A stretch of DNA of 64,000 bases, taken from NCBI GenBank assembly GCA_051251855.1, contig JBPOGI010000005.1:192001-256000 (forward strand), written 5' to 3'. The stretch comes from Roseibacillus sp. (GTDB lineage Bacteria; Verrucomicrobiota; Verrucomicrobiia; Verrucomicrobiales; Akkermansiaceae). A model generated the notes under the pieces. That model saw only the letters and a list, made by a program, of their open reading frames with translations. It was not told where the DNA came from and did not search any database. The number at the start of each line of letters is the position of its first letter. Position 1 is the stretch's first letter. This document shows, in pieces, positions 26,469-35,630 of this stretch. The position numbers and the translations under genes are program-made.

Positions 26469-28790
26469 ATGAAGAATACGACTTTTTGTCAGATATTTAC
26501 CGTTGGAGCCTTATCTTTGGGAGGCTTTTCCCAGTCTCTGCTTGCGGACGGACCCACTGATTTAGAAGCTCTGGCCGAGAAGGCTAAGCAGGCGGCTGGA
26601 GATGCTGTGGAGGCTACTGAAAAGGCCAAGCAGGCAATGGAAGGAGCTGAGACGGCGGTAGAAGAGGCTGTTGAAAGTGGTGCGGAGGTCGTGAAAGAGG
26701 TCGCTGGCGAGGCTGCAAAAGAGTTGGTTGATCCAGCCGAGAGAGCGGAGAAGCTGGGCTTGTTATCGAACCTGAGCAAAGACGTCGCAGCGGTGACAAC
26801 CTTGAATAACGGGAAGCGTGTTTGGGGAGAGGTTACAGAGTCAAAAATTGGAGGGATTCTTCTGGAGACCTTGGCTGAGAATGATGTTGATTTGAAAGAT
26901 CCCGAGAGCCCCGCAGCACAAGTGGGAGCCTTGTTCCAAGAGGAGTTTCTCATCGCAACAGGAAAGGGAACGCCCAAGCAATTCGACAACCTGATCGCGC
27001 TCAGTGGCCTAAGTGATAAGTATCAGACTGCGCTCATGGTCCGCTTGTGGACGATGGGGATGAATGATGAAGAGGCTGTTTTTGATGCGAACCCTTTCGG
27101 TTCTCTTGTGGAGGCAATCAGCGACAATCCTGATTTTTTGGTGAATTTGATTTCGGCGGCTGAAATGCCTCCCATCTTGTTGGCGGCTCGTGTCTCGGAT
27201 GATGAGCAGCGTGACGAGTTTGCGGCTGGTTTGGAAATGGGAGCGGGAATGGCGCTGCAGATGGGGGCGGAGGAGATGCCCTTCTTAAAGAGTGCCGAGG
27301 CCGAAGTCGCGGGAGTGGCCTTCAATGGTCTTTCTGTAGACGGTGCGTTGCTGGTTGAGGCGTTGGAGGAGGAAATGGGTTTGGCGGGGATGCTGGAAAA
27401 TTTCTTGGATCCTGCTAGCGCCAAAGACTTGGTGAAATCACTTTCGGAGAAAAGCCTCGTCCTTCTTGCGGGAGTTTCTGATGAGGCTGTCTATTTGTAT
27501 CTCGGAACAAATGCTGAAGGGATTCCTCTGGTTGATGATGCCGCTGAAGGGTTGGCTTCGTCAGCTCACTTTGAGTTCGCTGATCCTTACTTGGACGAGA
27601 ACTTAGTGAGCCTCTTTTGGATGGAAGAGGAGATGGTTCAAGTGGGGGCAACCGCGCAGGGGATTTTCGGTAACTATATCGAAGGCATTCGTCTTGGTCT
27701 GCAGGGCAATAATGCCGTTGGCGATACTAAGAATCTGAAAGCCTTATTGGAGAAGTTAGAAAAGTTAGAGAAGGGTTACCTCGCAACAGGTCAGAGCCAG
27801 ACGGCATCTGCGGTTTCATTTTTGAGAGCTGACGGTCTCTATACCGAGGGATTCGGGGGCTACCTTGATGGGGTCTATGACTATGAGACGCCTCATCAAA
27901 TGGGAACAGCGGCAGGGGATACCTTCCTGACCATTCAGAGCGTAATGGACCCTGAGGTGAATGAACTGAGCACTAAGTATATCGAGACTGCAATGGAGAC
28001 GGTCTATGAGATGGCCTCCTTGGTTGCCGAGATGGAAGATGTGCCTGCGGACTTTGAGAAGTTTTTGGACGGATTTCAGATGTTCGATACTAAGATGAAG
28101 GAAGATGCGCTTGCGCTTTGGCAAGGACTAGAGGCATCGGGAGCAGGGTTGGGTAACGAGTTCATCTACGAGGTCGATTTGGCGGGTAGCTGGCCTACCG
28201 TCCCAGGAGTTCCCGAGCAGATTATCGAGAAGGGTCTCGCCCCTCGATTGAGCTATGTGATGCCCGTGACGGATCGGGCGGAGTTGGCGACTTCTTGGAA
28301 AGAATTGGAGGGTGCCGCGACGAAAATTCTGAAAACGGTGAGCGAAATGGTTGGGGAAGAAATCCCCATGCAAAAGCCGATGAGTTCTCAGAACGATGGC
28401 TTGAAAACTTGGTTCTTTGCGATTCCTACCATGACCGATGACTTCATTCCTTCCATTACCCTCGATGATGAGGTCATGGTGATGGGGACGTCAAAGGAGC
28501 GCGCGGTGGAGTTAGCTCAGTCAGCTAAACAAGAAGGAGCGGGAATCTCTGGTGTGGTAGTCGAAATGAACTTCGAGCCTTTGCAGACGTTTCTTTCCGG
28601 CTGGTTGGCTTTGGTGGAAGAAAATCCTGAGGAGATTCTCACTGATGAAGATGCCCTCGACTTTTTCGAAGAGAATCAGGAGCTCTTGAAGGAGGTTGTG
28701 GAGGCAATGGAAGAATTTGATTCCGTTCGCACTCACACTCGCCTTGAGAATGGAGTCTTGAGGTCGAGCTCCCACCTCAAGACGAAGTAG
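26469..28790 (+). CDS. exported acidic hypothetical protein
   Basis: Long ORF, signal peptide MKNTTFCQIFTVGALSLGGFSQSLLA, Ala/Glu-rich N-terminal helix; no motif recognised. Confidence 0.75.
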   Translation: MKNTTFCQIFTVGALSLGGFSQSLLADGPTDLEALAEKAKQAAGDAVEATEKAKQAMEGAETAVEEAVESGAEVVKEVAGEAAKELVDPAERAEKLGLLSNLSKDVAAVTTLNNGKRVWGEVTESKIGGILLETLAENDVDLKDPESPAAQVGALFQEEFLIATGKGTPKQFDNLIALSGLSDKYQTALMVRLWTMGMNDEEAVFDANPFGSLVEAISDNPDFLVNLISAAEMPPILLAARVSDDEQRDEFAAGLEMGAGMALQMGAEEMPFLKSAEAEVAGVAFNGLSVDGALLVEALEEEMGLAGMLENFLDPASAKDLVKSLSEKSLVLLAGVSDEAVYLYLGTNAEGIPLVDDAAEGLASSAHFEFADPYLDENLVSLFWMEEEMVQVGATAQGIFGNYIEGIRLGLQGNNAVGDTKNLKALLEKLEKLEKGYLATGQSQTASAVSFLRADGLYTEGFGGYLDGVYDYETPHQMGTAAGDTFLTIQSVMDPEVNELSTKYIETAMETVYEMASLVAEMEDVPADFEKFLDGFQMFDTKMKEDALALWQGLEASGAGLGNEFIYEVDLAGSWPTVPGVPEQIIEKGLAPRLSYVMPVTDRAELATSWKELEGAATKILKTVSEMVGEEIPMQKPMSSQNDGLKTWFFAIPTMTDDFIPSITLDDEVMVMGTSKERAVELAQSAKQEGAGISGVVVEMNFEPLQTFLSGWLALVEENPEEILTDEDALDFFEENQELLKEVVEAMEEFDSVRTHTRLENGVLRSSSHLKTK

Positions 28791-28814
28791 AGTCTCTAAT
28801 ACAGAGATTTCCTC

Positions 28815-28842
28815 AAAAGCCGGGCCTCAGGGTCCGGCTTTT
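28815..28842. terminator. bidirectional intrinsic terminator
   Basis: AAAAGCCGGGCC-TCAG-GGTCCGGCTTTT between convergent genes. Confidence 0.8.
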
Positions 28843-28862
28843 CTTGTTCGCCTTCGTGGAGG

Positions 28863-29504
28863 CTAAGAGGAGTGTCCTAAGTATTTAACGACTGCTTCGG
28901 TGCGAGTGCGGACGTGCAGTTTGGCATAAATATTACGGAGATGGGTGCGGACCGTTTCGACACCAATTCCAAGTTCGGTTGCAATCTCTTTGTAAAGTGA
29001 GCCTTTGACGAGTTGCTCAAGAATTTGCATCTCGCGCGGAGTCAGGTCATGGTCGCCAAGATTTGCGTCAGGTGACTTTTGGAAGTGTTGAACGACCTTG
29101 CGAGCGATGGCACTCGACATGGGCGAGCCGCCGACATGGAGGTCGTCGAGGGATTCTAACAGCTTCTCTGGAACATCGCGCTTCAGGAGGTAGCCAGACG
29201 CTCCTGCTGCGAGGGCGTCGAAAATGCGGTCGTTGTTGTCGTAGACGGTGACCATGAGGACTTGGGTGTTGGGGCAGGCGATTTTTAATTTGGCGACACA
29301 TTCAATGCCGGAAATCCCTGGAAGTTGGATATCCATCAGAACGACTTCGGGAGGCTCGTTGACAAGGGACTCCAGCGCTTCTTCGGCTGAGGCGAAGACG
29401 GCGGTGAGCTGCCACTTCGAGGAACTGATAATCATTTTGGAGAGTGTTTCTCGGAGTGAAGGGTCGTCTTCGACGAGGGCAAGTGAGAAGGGGTGAGGAG
29501 TCAT
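28863..29504 (-). CDS. NarL/LuxR family response regulator
   Basis: LVEDD, LMDIQLPG, GASGYLLK and C-terminal LTPREMQIL...YKEIA...TVRTHLRNIYAKL. ATG 29504 overlaps the kinase stop. Confidence 0.92.
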   Translation of the reverse strand: MTPHPFSLALVEDDPSLRETLSKMIISSSKWQLTAVFASAEEALESLVNEPPEVVLMDIQLPGISGIECVAKLKIACPNTQVLMVTVYDNNDRIFDALAAGASGYLLKRDVPEKLLESLDDLHVGGSPMSSAIARKVVQHFQKSPDANLGDHDLTPREMQILEQLVKGSLYKEIATELGIGVETVRTHLRNIYAKLHVRTRTEAVVKYLGHSS

Positions 29505-31222
29505 GAGTTCATTGGCGTGGTGTGTTCGGAGAGAGGGCAGATGAAGTCGATAGTGGTCCCTTCTCCAAGGGTGGAGGTGATGGTGCATGTGCCCCCAATA
29601 TCCTCGAGGCGCTGCTGGAGGTTGGAAAGCCCGTGACGAGGGCTTTTAGGATCAGGTTTGAAACCGCAGCCGGTGTCATTGATTCGAATGAGGAGGCGTT
29701 CGTCCTCGGTTTTCAAGGAGAGGGTGACTTCCGATTGGCCGGCGTGACGAAGGACATTGTGAAGGGCTTCTTTCACCGCGAGCGCCAGTTGATAACGGAA
29801 GTCTGAGCCGAGGGGGAGAGGGGGGACTTGGGCCGGGATGTCGAGTCGGTAACGGATGGAGCTTTCGCGAAAAATTTCCTCAGCCATGCGCGTGAGGTGA
29901 GAGGCGAAGTGGTCGAGGTTGTCGTAGGCAGGATCGACGGCCCAGACGAGGTCGTCCATGGCGACGATCATCTCGCGACTCGAGGACTTCATGAGGGTGA
30001 GTAATCGGCGCGTGTTTTCGGGCTCTTGATCCAAGTCTTGGAGCGCCATGGCTCCGTTGAGGCTGAGGACGCTCATGCGGGTGCCAAGGTCGTCGTGCAT
30101 ATCGCGGGCGATGCGAGCCCGGTCGCGTTCGAGATCATTTTGAAAGCGTTGTTCGCGTAGACGTCGGTTCTCTCGGCGGCGGGCGTTGAGGATGATGCCA
30201 CCGGCAAGAAGGGCGACACAACTGGTGGCGATTAAGGGCAGGAACCAAGGGCGCTCCCAAAACGGTGGCGTGATGCGAATCGCAAGCTCGAGACTCGCAG
30301 TGGCAGGGGTGCCGTCGTTTGTCATTCCGATCGCATGGAAGGTGTAGTCTCCCGGAGGGACATTGAGGTATGAGGCTCGATGGACGCTTCCCCCAACGAC
30401 GTTGTAAGTTTCCTGCCAAGAGATGACTACGGTGCGGCCGGCGAAAATATTGGCGTCGAACGGCCGTAGCGACGCCCATGCCGCTTTGAGCTCCTTGTTC
30501 TGATCGATGAGAGTGAGAGTGGTCTGATCAGAGGTTCTGGTGAGGCGTGCGATGCTGGGGTCGGAACCGATGCGACTCCATCGGTGTGGAGTGCCCTCAG
30601 GAGTGTGGAGGTCTTTGCCCCTGGCGAAATCGCCGTCTGACCAAAGGATGGGGAAGTCGGTCTTTGGGAGCGTGATATGGAGTTCCTTGATGGCGAAAGT
30701 ACCGGTGGCATCTGGCGAGCCAGAGTTCATTTCTAAGTAGAGGGAGCGCCCTTCTTTAGGAATGAAGAAGGGTTCGGAGTGTGAGGTGAATTTTGATTCC
30801 GCAAGAGTGTGGTTCCAGCCTTCACTTTTTCCGTTGGCATCAAATTTCACCTCGGAGATGACTTCGTTGTTTCGGTCTCGGACCTGGCATTTCAAGGCCA
30901 TCCCATTGGTGCTGGTGAGCCATTTGACATCTTTCCCTTCCAAGCGGTAGCGCAGTTGAGTGAGATCGGGAGCCTCGCAGTCAGGATAAGAGAAGTCGAA
31001 ATCGAAGCGATGGCGTCCGGGTCCAATGACAAGCGGGCGAGAGTTGTCAGGTGATAAGGTGACGACAGTCTGATTCACCTGTATCCGTTCGAGAAGGAGG
31101 GAGGGGTCCTGACGGCTAGCACCGTCGAAAGGGCGGCTTACCCTGAGAGGAGAAGGCTTCTCTTGCCCGGAGGAGGCTCCGCCTGTCACCAGAAGAATGA
31201 ATAGAAGAAGACTGCGGCGCAC
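29501..31222 (-). CDS. membrane sensor histidine kinase (HisKA_3) with periplasmic Y_Y_Y-like domain
   Basis: RIARDMHDDLG H-box, KEALHNVLRH, DTGCGF, HGLSNL; PPFWERPWF followed by a TM helix; YRLEG...W and YLNVPPGDYTF. Confidence 0.9.
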   Translation of the reverse strand: MRRSLLLFILLVTGGASSGQEKPSPLRVSRPFDGASRQDPSLLLERIQVNQTVVTLSPDNSRPLVIGPGRHRFDFDFSYPDCEAPDLTQLRYRLEGKDVKWLTSTNGMALKCQVRDRNNEVISEVKFDANGKSEGWNHTLAESKFTSHSEPFFIPKEGRSLYLEMNSGSPDATGTFAIKELHITLPKTDFPILWSDGDFARGKDLHTPEGTPHRWSRIGSDPSIARLTRTSDQTTLTLIDQNKELKAAWASLRPFDANIFAGRTVVISWQETYNVVGGSVHRASYLNVPPGDYTFHAIGMTNDGTPATASLELAIRITPPFWERPWFLPLIATSCVALLAGGIILNARRRENRRLREQRFQNDLERDRARIARDMHDDLGTRMSVLSLNGAMALQDLDQEPENTRRLLTLMKSSSREMIVAMDDLVWAVDPAYDNLDHFASHLTRMAEEIFRESSIRYRLDIPAQVPPLPLGSDFRYQLALAVKEALHNVLRHAGQSEVTLSLKTEDERLLIRINDTGCGFKPDPKSPRHGLSNLQQRLEDIGGTCTITSTLGEGTTIDFICPLSEHTTPMNS

Positions 31223-31348
31223 GGCCTCAATTGAAGCAGAGTGCTTCTAACAATGCGAGAATGAGAATCATGAAGAGTTTTCCCCTTTTTAATTTCGAGG
31301 GAAGAGCTGTATACACGGTATCTCGTTGGCTGTTTTCCCTCGTGAATT

Positions 31349-33352
31349 ATGAAATTTTTTACCTTGTTTGTTGGTGCGGTTCTTCTTTTTTGGCTGGCGC
31401 CATTACAGGCTGATGAGGAGCGTCCTCGAGTGGTTTGTTTTGGGGATAGTATTACCAATCGTGGCTATTTTGAGTTATTGAGTCCTTTGGTGGGTGCTGA
31501 GACGGTGAACGCGGGGGTGGCAGGGCACAATTCTCGCCAAGGTTTACATCGCATTGAGAAGGATGTCCTCGCTAAGGAACCTGACCTCGTGGTGGTCTTT
31601 TTTGGGACGAATGATTTGAGGGTCGATAGCGAGCGAGCCCATGTTCCAGTATTGAAATATAGTGAGAACCTGAAAGAGATGATTACTCGCATTCGCGGGG
31701 TCAATGCCAAGGTCGTCCTCTGCACGTTACCTCCGATTGCGGAAGAGGTTTATTTCGGAAGACATGATGTGGCGGTCTACGAGGCAAAGGGTGGTCTTGA
31801 TTCTCTGGTCCAAAGCTATCGCAAGGCGGCTATCGAGGTGGCGAAGGAGAACGAGGTGCCGTTGGTGGATCTTAATCAACTTCTTGCGGCCACTCCAGAG
31901 TGGCTCAGTAAGGACGGAGTGCATCCCAGTAAAGCGGGCAATGCTCTCATTGCAGAGCATGTCGCCAAGGTTGTGGGTCCTCTTTTAAACAAAGAGGCCT
32001 CGGTGCTGGCGGCCTCTCCGAATGTGATTTTGGTGATGAGCGATGATCAAGGCTGGGGGGATGTGGGATTCAATGGTCATCCTGATCTCGAAACGCCTCA
32101 TCTGGATGCGATGGCGGCGAATGGGGTGAAGTTCGACCGATTCTATGCTGCTGCACCGCTTTGTTCGCCAACGAGGGGCAGTGTTCTAACGGGCCGTTTT
32201 CCTTTTCGCTATGGTATTCTAGCAGCCCATACCGGCGGGATGCGGACTGGAGAGATTACGGTGGCGGAAGCTCTTCAGAAGCAGGGATACGCTACCGGAT
32301 TTTTTGGAAAGTGGCATATTGGTTGGGTGGATCCCGATGATGTGGGCTCCAGAGGGTTTTACTCTCCGCCGAATCATCATGGTTTTGATTATTCCTTTGC
32401 TACCACGAGCGCGGTTCCCACTTGGGATCCGGGGGCGACGCCCAAAGGCTGGAATAGCTGGGGTCAGAAAGAAGGAGAGCCTTGGAAGGGTGGCTCGCCT
32501 TACTTCGAGAACGGCACTCCTGTGACCGAGAACATGAAGGGAGATGATAGTCGTATTATTATGGACCGGGTGGTTCCGTTTTTGGAGAAAAACAGGGACC
32601 AGCCCTTTCTCGCGACGGTTTGGTTTCATGCACCCCATGAGCCGGTGGTGGCTGGGCCTGAGTATCGGGAGCGTTATGCGGAGTTTGATGAGGGGCGGCA
32701 GCATTACTTTGGGTGTCTTACGGCGATGGATGACCAGGTTGGAAGACTGCGTGCCAAGTTGCGGGAGCTAGGAATTGAGAAGAATACGCTGGTGATTTTT
32801 TGTAGCGACAATGGCCCCGCGGATCCGCTGCATCGCAAGAAAATCGCTTCGGCTGGACCCTTTAAAGGTCACAAGCATACCATGTATGAGGGAGGGCTCT
32901 TGGTGCCGGCTTGTATGGAGTGGCCGGGCGCGATTCCGGCGGGTGGCCAGACCAGCGTGCGTTGTTCAACGGTCGATATTTTTCCCACCGTCGCCGAGGT
33001 TGCGGGCTTTGAGTTTAGAGGCAGCCAAAAGAGGCCGATTGATGGTATCGACCTGATGCCAGTGATTCGGGGAGAGCTTGAGGAACGGGAAGAGGCTTTG
33101 TTTTTCGGTTTTCGTCGTCTGCATCAAGGAACAGATGGAAAGGCGATTATTAGCGGGGACTACAAACTTTTGCGGGAAGCGACTAAAGGTGGGAAGGGGC
33201 GGCTGCGGCTCTATGAAATCAACAAGGATCCTTATGAGAAGAAGGACATCGCGGCGGAACGTCCTGAGCTTGTAGAGAGGCTCTCAGCTGAGTTGGAAGA
33301 GCTGGAAAAGAGCTGCCAATTGAGTCGTGATGGTCAGGATTATCGCTATTAG
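31349..33352 (+). CDS. SGNH/GDSL esterase - sulfatase fusion, secreted
   Basis: N-terminal FGDSIT, GVAG, GTND and DGVHP; C-terminal PNVILVMSDD, CSPTR..LTG, GKWH and SDNG. Confidence 0.9.
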   Translation: MKFFTLFVGAVLLFWLAPLQADEERPRVVCFGDSITNRGYFELLSPLVGAETVNAGVAGHNSRQGLHRIEKDVLAKEPDLVVVFFGTNDLRVDSERAHVPVLKYSENLKEMITRIRGVNAKVVLCTLPPIAEEVYFGRHDVAVYEAKGGLDSLVQSYRKAAIEVAKENEVPLVDLNQLLAATPEWLSKDGVHPSKAGNALIAEHVAKVVGPLLNKEASVLAASPNVILVMSDDQGWGDVGFNGHPDLETPHLDAMAANGVKFDRFYAAAPLCSPTRGSVLTGRFPFRYGILAAHTGGMRTGEITVAEALQKQGYATGFFGKWHIGWVDPDDVGSRGFYSPPNHHGFDYSFATTSAVPTWDPGATPKGWNSWGQKEGEPWKGGSPYFENGTPVTENMKGDDSRIIMDRVVPFLEKNRDQPFLATVWFHAPHEPVVAGPEYRERYAEFDEGRQHYFGCLTAMDDQVGRLRAKLRELGIEKNTLVIFCSDNGPADPLHRKKIASAGPFKGHKHTMYEGGLLVPACMEWPGAIPAGGQTSVRCSTVDIFPTVAEVAGFEFRGSQKRPIDGIDLMPVIRGELEEREEALFFGFRRLHQGTDGKAIISGDYKLLREATKGGKGRLRLYEINKDPYEKKDIAAERPELVERLSAELEELEKSCQLSRDGQDYRY

Positions 33353-33468
33353 TGACTGATAATGAGGAGTTCGGAGGTTACCTGATTAAGCGCGATTTTT
33401 CGCTTTTTGACCCTCTGGTCCCGATTCTGACCCTTGACAGGACCTAAAATCGAAGGCTTGTTAGGTTC

Positions 33469-34122
33469 GTGGAAGTAGATCGTGAAAAGACGGAGATCCC
33501 AAAGAAGTCGATTTATCGGCTTTCTCTCTACCATCGATGCCTCGGCAAGCTGCATGAGAATGGCTTGGAAACGGTGAGTTCGTCTGCGCTCGCAAAGGCG
33601 GCGGGTGTGAAGGCGTCGCAGTTGCGACGCGATATCTCGCATGTGGGTCAATTTGGTACGAGAGGTCTGGGTTATCAGGTTGATGAGCTGCGCCTAGCGA
33701 TTCGCGAAACGCTCGGTCGGGAGCATCTGCAGCCAGTGATTCTGGTGGGGGCAGGTAACTTAGGCAGTGCCCTTTTACGCTATGGAGGTTTTCAAAAGGA
33801 AGGTTTTGAGGTCATTGCAGCCTTTGATGCCGTCCCTGAAGCGGTGATGAAAAGGGAAATCGGGGTGCCTCTCCTAGGTCCCGAAAAAATGGACCACTTC
33901 ATTGCTACTAATAAGGTCAAATTGGCGATTCTCTGTGTGCCTGCCGAGAATGCCCAAGAAGTGGCCAACGATTTGGTGCTAGCAGGGGTGCAGGGTATTC
34001 TTAATTTTTCACCTTCTGTCTTGCAGGTTCCCGAGAAAGTGACCGTGAACAATGTCGATTTGGCGCTCGAGCTCGAAAATGTCAGTTTCTTCATTGGCCG
34101 CGATGGTGAGGCTGAGGAGTAG
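33469..34122 (+). CDS. rex: redox-sensing transcriptional repressor Rex
   Basis: IYRLSLYHRCL, QLRRDISHVGQFGTRGLGY, VGAGNLGSAL and GILNF. Confidence 0.93.
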   Translation: MEVDREKTEIPKKSIYRLSLYHRCLGKLHENGLETVSSSALAKAAGVKASQLRRDISHVGQFGTRGLGYQVDELRLAIRETLGREHLQPVILVGAGNLGSALLRYGGFQKEGFEVIAAFDAVPEAVMKREIGVPLLGPEKMDHFIATNKVKLAILCVPAENAQEVANDLVLAGVQGILNFSPSVLQVPEKVTVNNVDLALELENVSFFIGRDGEAEE

Positions 34123-34175
34123 ATACCGAATTTTCTTCCAAGATTCTGCGGTTAGTGGCGTTGTGTAGATAACTT

Positions 34176-35624
34176 ATGAGTAGGCTCCTTCTTTTATTTT
34201 TACTGTCGATGGCTACCTCTGGTGCCGCTCTCAATGGCGATTGGCGCCGGCTTTCTGATGGTCAAGGAGGCGGGGTCAATGCTCGGGCGGTGGCTCTTCT
34301 TGGTGAGGGGCGAGTGCTGTTAGAGAACGAAGCCGGTGACCAATTCGAGACGCCATTAGAGGTTCTTTCTACCGAGGACCAAGCATGGTTTCAAGAATGG
34401 GAAGCGGAATGGAAAACTCGCGCGGAAGTAGGGAAAAAGCTGAACGAGGCGATTGAACAGCCTGTATTTCGTGACTCCTGGAGACTGTGGGATGAGAAGG
34501 CTTCCGAAGTAGCTAAGCGCTTAGGATGGCGTCCTGAGTCCAAAACGCCGTATTCGAGTAGCTTTCGAAAATATACTAAAGCAGATTATCGTTTCTTAGG
34601 TGCGCGGCCTTACTCGGTGTCTGCCTATGGGGATGACCGAGAACTCTTGGCGCGGATGTCGTTGGTGTTTGCCAACAAAGGAGATTCCTTCTCCGCAGCG
34701 GGGATGGGCGAGGACCACTTTGAGGAAGGAGAGAGTAAGACGACGATGAGAAAGTTCGAGGATATGCTCAAAGAGGATGCCAAAAAGCTGAACGAATCGC
34801 TGGCGAGTGTTCTTGGCGAGGGTGAGACTCAATTTTTCGGTGAAGGTAATGACCGTCGGCGAGTGGTGCGATGGGATTGGAACGGGCATGCTTTCATTCT
34901 TTCGGAAGAAGATGACGAGTATGTCGGTCTATTGATTGTTTCGATCGAAGAAGCGGAAAATCGCGGGCGCACGGACCGGATTTCGGATAAGGAAATCATG
35001 GAGCGTCTCTCGGCGAATGTGGTGCGCGAGGAAAACGGTGATGTTTATGTGAAGAACATCCCGATGGTGAATCAGGGGCCCAAGGGATACTGCGTGCCGG
35101 CGACTTTTGAGCGTGCGATGCGCTATCAGGGAGTGCCTGCGGATATGTATTTGTTGGCGGTGGCCGGAGGAACGGCTCCGGGTGGGGGGACGAATACGCA
35201 GCGCCTTTTTGAAGAAGTGGAGTCCATGGTGCGCCGCAAAGGCCGTCGTCCGGATGATGTGAAAGTGGATCCGCTGCGGATGAGAACGGTGCAACGCTAC
35301 ATTGATGATGGGGTGCCCATTATGTGGCAGATGTGCAGTCTTTCCGATTACAACAGCATCGCGAACAAGCGGACTCAGGAACGCAAGTCGGTCACCGACT
35401 GGACGAGCTATGCGGAGAAGATTGCGGGTGAGGCAAAGGAGAATGCCAAAAAGATGGAGGGCATTGAGGACAATCGCCACGTGTGTATGATCATTGGTTA
35501 CAACGAGGCGACTCAAGAGTTAGCGGTCAGCGACTCTTGGGGTGAACGTTATGCGATTCGATGGGTGCACATAGAGGAGGCCGCTGCGGTAAGCAATGAG
35601 CGAGGCTTTGCGATTAAGCGATAG
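34176..35624 (+). CDS. exported protein with N-terminal SHD1-like domain and C-terminal C39-like cysteine peptidase domain
   Basis: Signal peptide; PLEVLSTEDQAW (SHD1-like); QGPKGYCVPAT (Cys), RHVCMIIGYN (His), AVSDSWG (Asp). Confidence 0.65.
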   Translation: MSRLLLLFLLSMATSGAALNGDWRRLSDGQGGGVNARAVALLGEGRVLLENEAGDQFETPLEVLSTEDQAWFQEWEAEWKTRAEVGKKLNEAIEQPVFRDSWRLWDEKASEVAKRLGWRPESKTPYSSSFRKYTKADYRFLGARPYSVSAYGDDRELLARMSLVFANKGDSFSAAGMGEDHFEEGESKTTMRKFEDMLKEDAKKLNESLASVLGEGETQFFGEGNDRRRVVRWDWNGHAFILSEEDDEYVGLLIVSIEEAENRGRTDRISDKEIMERLSANVVREENGDVYVKNIPMVNQGPKGYCVPATFERAMRYQGVPADMYLLAVAGGTAPGGGTNTQRLFEEVESMVRRKGRRPDDVKVDPLRMRTVQRYIDDGVPIMWQMCSLSDYNSIANKRTQERKSVTDWTSYAEKIAGEAKENAKKMEGIEDNRHVCMIIGYNEATQELAVSDSWGERYAIRWVHIEEAAAVSNERGFAIKR

Positions 35625-35630
35625 TAGCTA

